Assembly (NCBI GenBank): GCA_012295275.1
Contig: CM022665.1
Location: 11,594,001-11,658,000, forward strand
DNA length: 64,000 bases
From: Chrysomallon squamiferum
Taxonomy: Eukaryota > Animalia > Mollusca
Direction of reading: 5' to 3'
Shown here: piece by piece, positions 61,565-64,000 of the stretch
How positions within the stretch are numbered: position 1 is the first letter of the stretch
Layout of the letters: each line of letters begins with the position of its first letter
Notes under the pieces: generated by a model
Told to the model about the DNA's origin: nothing
The model's database searches: none
Seen by the model: the letters and a program-made list of their open reading frames with translations, nothing else
Made by a program: the position numbers and the translations under genes

Positions 61565-64000
61565 AGCAACCAGTCATTAATATTAAATTTTATTATTTAC
61601 ATTTTCATACAAGAAATACCATGGATACATTTCTTTAAGACAAACAACAAAAACTTGTTAATTTTGTTGGCCTCATCATCATTTTGTATCTGAAGAACTG
61701 TCTTATTTACATTTTTGTGGTAAAACGGACACAAAAAACCACATACATACAAACAAACACACAGACACACACACACACACATACAAAACACCAACAACAA
61801 TAAAAAAAAAACCCAGCTGCCTTAACTTACGATGGTATAGTTTTGACATGGCTGTTGGTTTGAGGAATTAAATTCCTCCCTGGATGCAAGCAGCACCACT
61901 CCAGACAGATGTCCTCTGTCCACTGATTGTTCCGAGGCGTGTGCCAGAGTGGCTCAACTTTCAGAGATGACCTGTCCAGTGGAAAGATCAAACACTACAA
62001 TTAACTTAACAGTGAGTCTTTTTATCACAGTTAGAGACTCCCTACTGAGCTCTCATTGCTCTAAGCAGCTGTAGAACTGTATGGACTCTTGTGTTCTGTT
62101 CATTCCTCACCATTAAGTCATTAAACTTTGATTTGCTTATCTTGTTCTGCTAAAGGTTTTGTAATTAGCATTTAAACAGCAAAATGTGTTTGTGGGTTTA
62201 CTTATCATGTATCAGTATAGGACTGACAACTAATAAGTTTAATTTAAAAGCAAAATCTAAGTTTGCCTTTATTGTTTTATTCAAGGATTGGCAGTTATTA
62301 GCATATGAATAGTAAAATGTGAATTTTGATTATCTTGGAAGGTTTTTTTTAATCAAAGTTTGATAATTAGCATTTGAATAGCAAAATACGAGTTTACATT
62401 GCAAAAATACAAGTTGTCATTAATTAACATGTTCTTTTAAAATGTAGAAAATTGTTGTTTTTAAAAATCTGTTAAATTGAAGAGCAAGAATTTAAAGTTT
62501 GTAGATTTACTAACATAGTGGCAGTCATTATTTATAAGGAAGTTAATAATCCAAGGATGTATGAATTCTAATGTCTAAAAATGTTTATATGTATACTGTA
62601 AGAAACATTAATCAATACTTTATGTTTATATAATCATAAATAAAATAATACATGAATGTACATGTGCATGCATGTGAATACACACATAAGACAAAGACAC
62701 TAAATACATATACATGCACATGTGCACATAATTACATTGCCATCAAAATATCCTCCAGATTTTAATTTATTTTTGCTACAGTGAAATTGGCTACAGTGAG
62801 ATTTATCATTAATAAATTCCTTTGAACAATTCTGTTTTAAAATATAAATTATTGGCCCACTAGAACAACCAAACTTAATCAGATAATAAGATGTTCCTGT
62901 TGTGTTCTCATTTGCTGATGACACAGTGCCAGCTTTACAGTATAATTATCAATGAACCTCTTTTTTTTTCATGAAGACAATCTCTTGGAAGAAGTAAGTA
63001 GTAAACATAAATGCCAGCATTTACTACAACATTGTTTACATTAATAGTAGTGTGTATGTTATCTTGCAACTGGTACAGCCTGCCACATTGGATTGATAAA
63101 AAGACTTGCTGAAGAAGATTCCAGCAGCTTTGGTTTCAAGCTTTAAGAAGAAAAAAAAAAAGGAAGAAAAATAGAACATTACTTTAGCTTATGCACCATG
63201 CAGTGAGCTGCAGTTAGTTGGCAAGAGTCACAATCCACTGCGTAGTAGTAGAGAAAGAGAAAAACAAATACAAACTGACAGTGTTTTCCTGGCAGGCGAT
63301 CTGTTCCATTACTCTACTACTACTACTACAACAGTTATTTTGTTTGTTGTGAAAGTGTTGCTTTTATAGCCACTATGTATTTTCCTCTGTTTGTTTAAAT
63401 CATGTATAATCATAGTTTATGGGTTTGAACCAGTTAGTATATTCAGATATCTACCATCTGCCTTGCATTCCATATCATAAATCTGAATATGTAAAAAAAA
63501 AAAAAAGAAAAGAATTTAAAAATAAAATAATTAGCTCTGATCATTATGAAAAGAATGAAATGAATTGTTGACATGTATTTCACTGGACATGTCCCCACCC
63601 CTTTCACCTTGACTTGGGTTGTTGTTGTGTTGTTGTTTTTTTCTCTTTATAAAGAAATTCAGTTTATCTTAAAGGTTATCCCATCATCTTTAAAAAAAAA
63701 AAAAAAAAATTACTTCCACCTCTGGTTATTTTGATGGAAATATTTCTGTTATCTAAAATAGTAAACTTTTCATAATGTTAATCAAGATATATCTATGTAA
63801 TTTTAGATAATATATGATTACTTCTTTTAGTTCTCTTTAGTGTACTAATAAAACATCATATTAGGTAAAAAATACATAAACGTTTACAATATTAAAAAAA
63901 CCTAAAAACTTATACTTGAGAAAATGTTTTTACCATAATATCAGTGAATTATAGATAAAAATGGACATAAAAGGCTAATCACATTAATTTTTTTTTTTTT

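Overview
AT-rich, CpG-depleted, microsatellite-rich animal genomic DNA. It is probably an invertebrate; a mollusc or other lophotrochozoan is my inference, not proven. The + strand carries 15 consecutive internal GT-AG exons (888-22666, about 742 codons) of the Ski2-like helicase ASCC3, running from the end of the N-terminal cassette Sec63 unit through RecA1/RecA2 of the C-terminal cassette into the winged helix. One exon (17297-17418) has an extra A that shifts the frame. I found no further ASCC3 exon after 22666, so the last intron is apparently >41 kb. Two antisense genes are nested in ASCC3 introns. The first is a complete 7-exon gene (TATA/Inr promoter at 32730-32761; CDS 31652->26180, 366 aa) for a type I membrane protein: signal peptide, divergent SUEL/Gal_Lectin domain, CUB domain, S/T/P stalk, TM helix and a short tail with NPAF and C-terminal EYYHC. 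The second is a probable 105-aa orphan (13101->12784) with a hydrophobic N-terminus and a regular coiled coil. Also present: a putative HES/TCF enhancer, antisense exon-like segments, a candidate recursive splice site, a ~1 kb foldback element, decayed SINE-like copies and many tandem repeats. No rRNA, tRNA, CRISPR array or intact transposase was seen. All analysis was by eye; no database searches were run.
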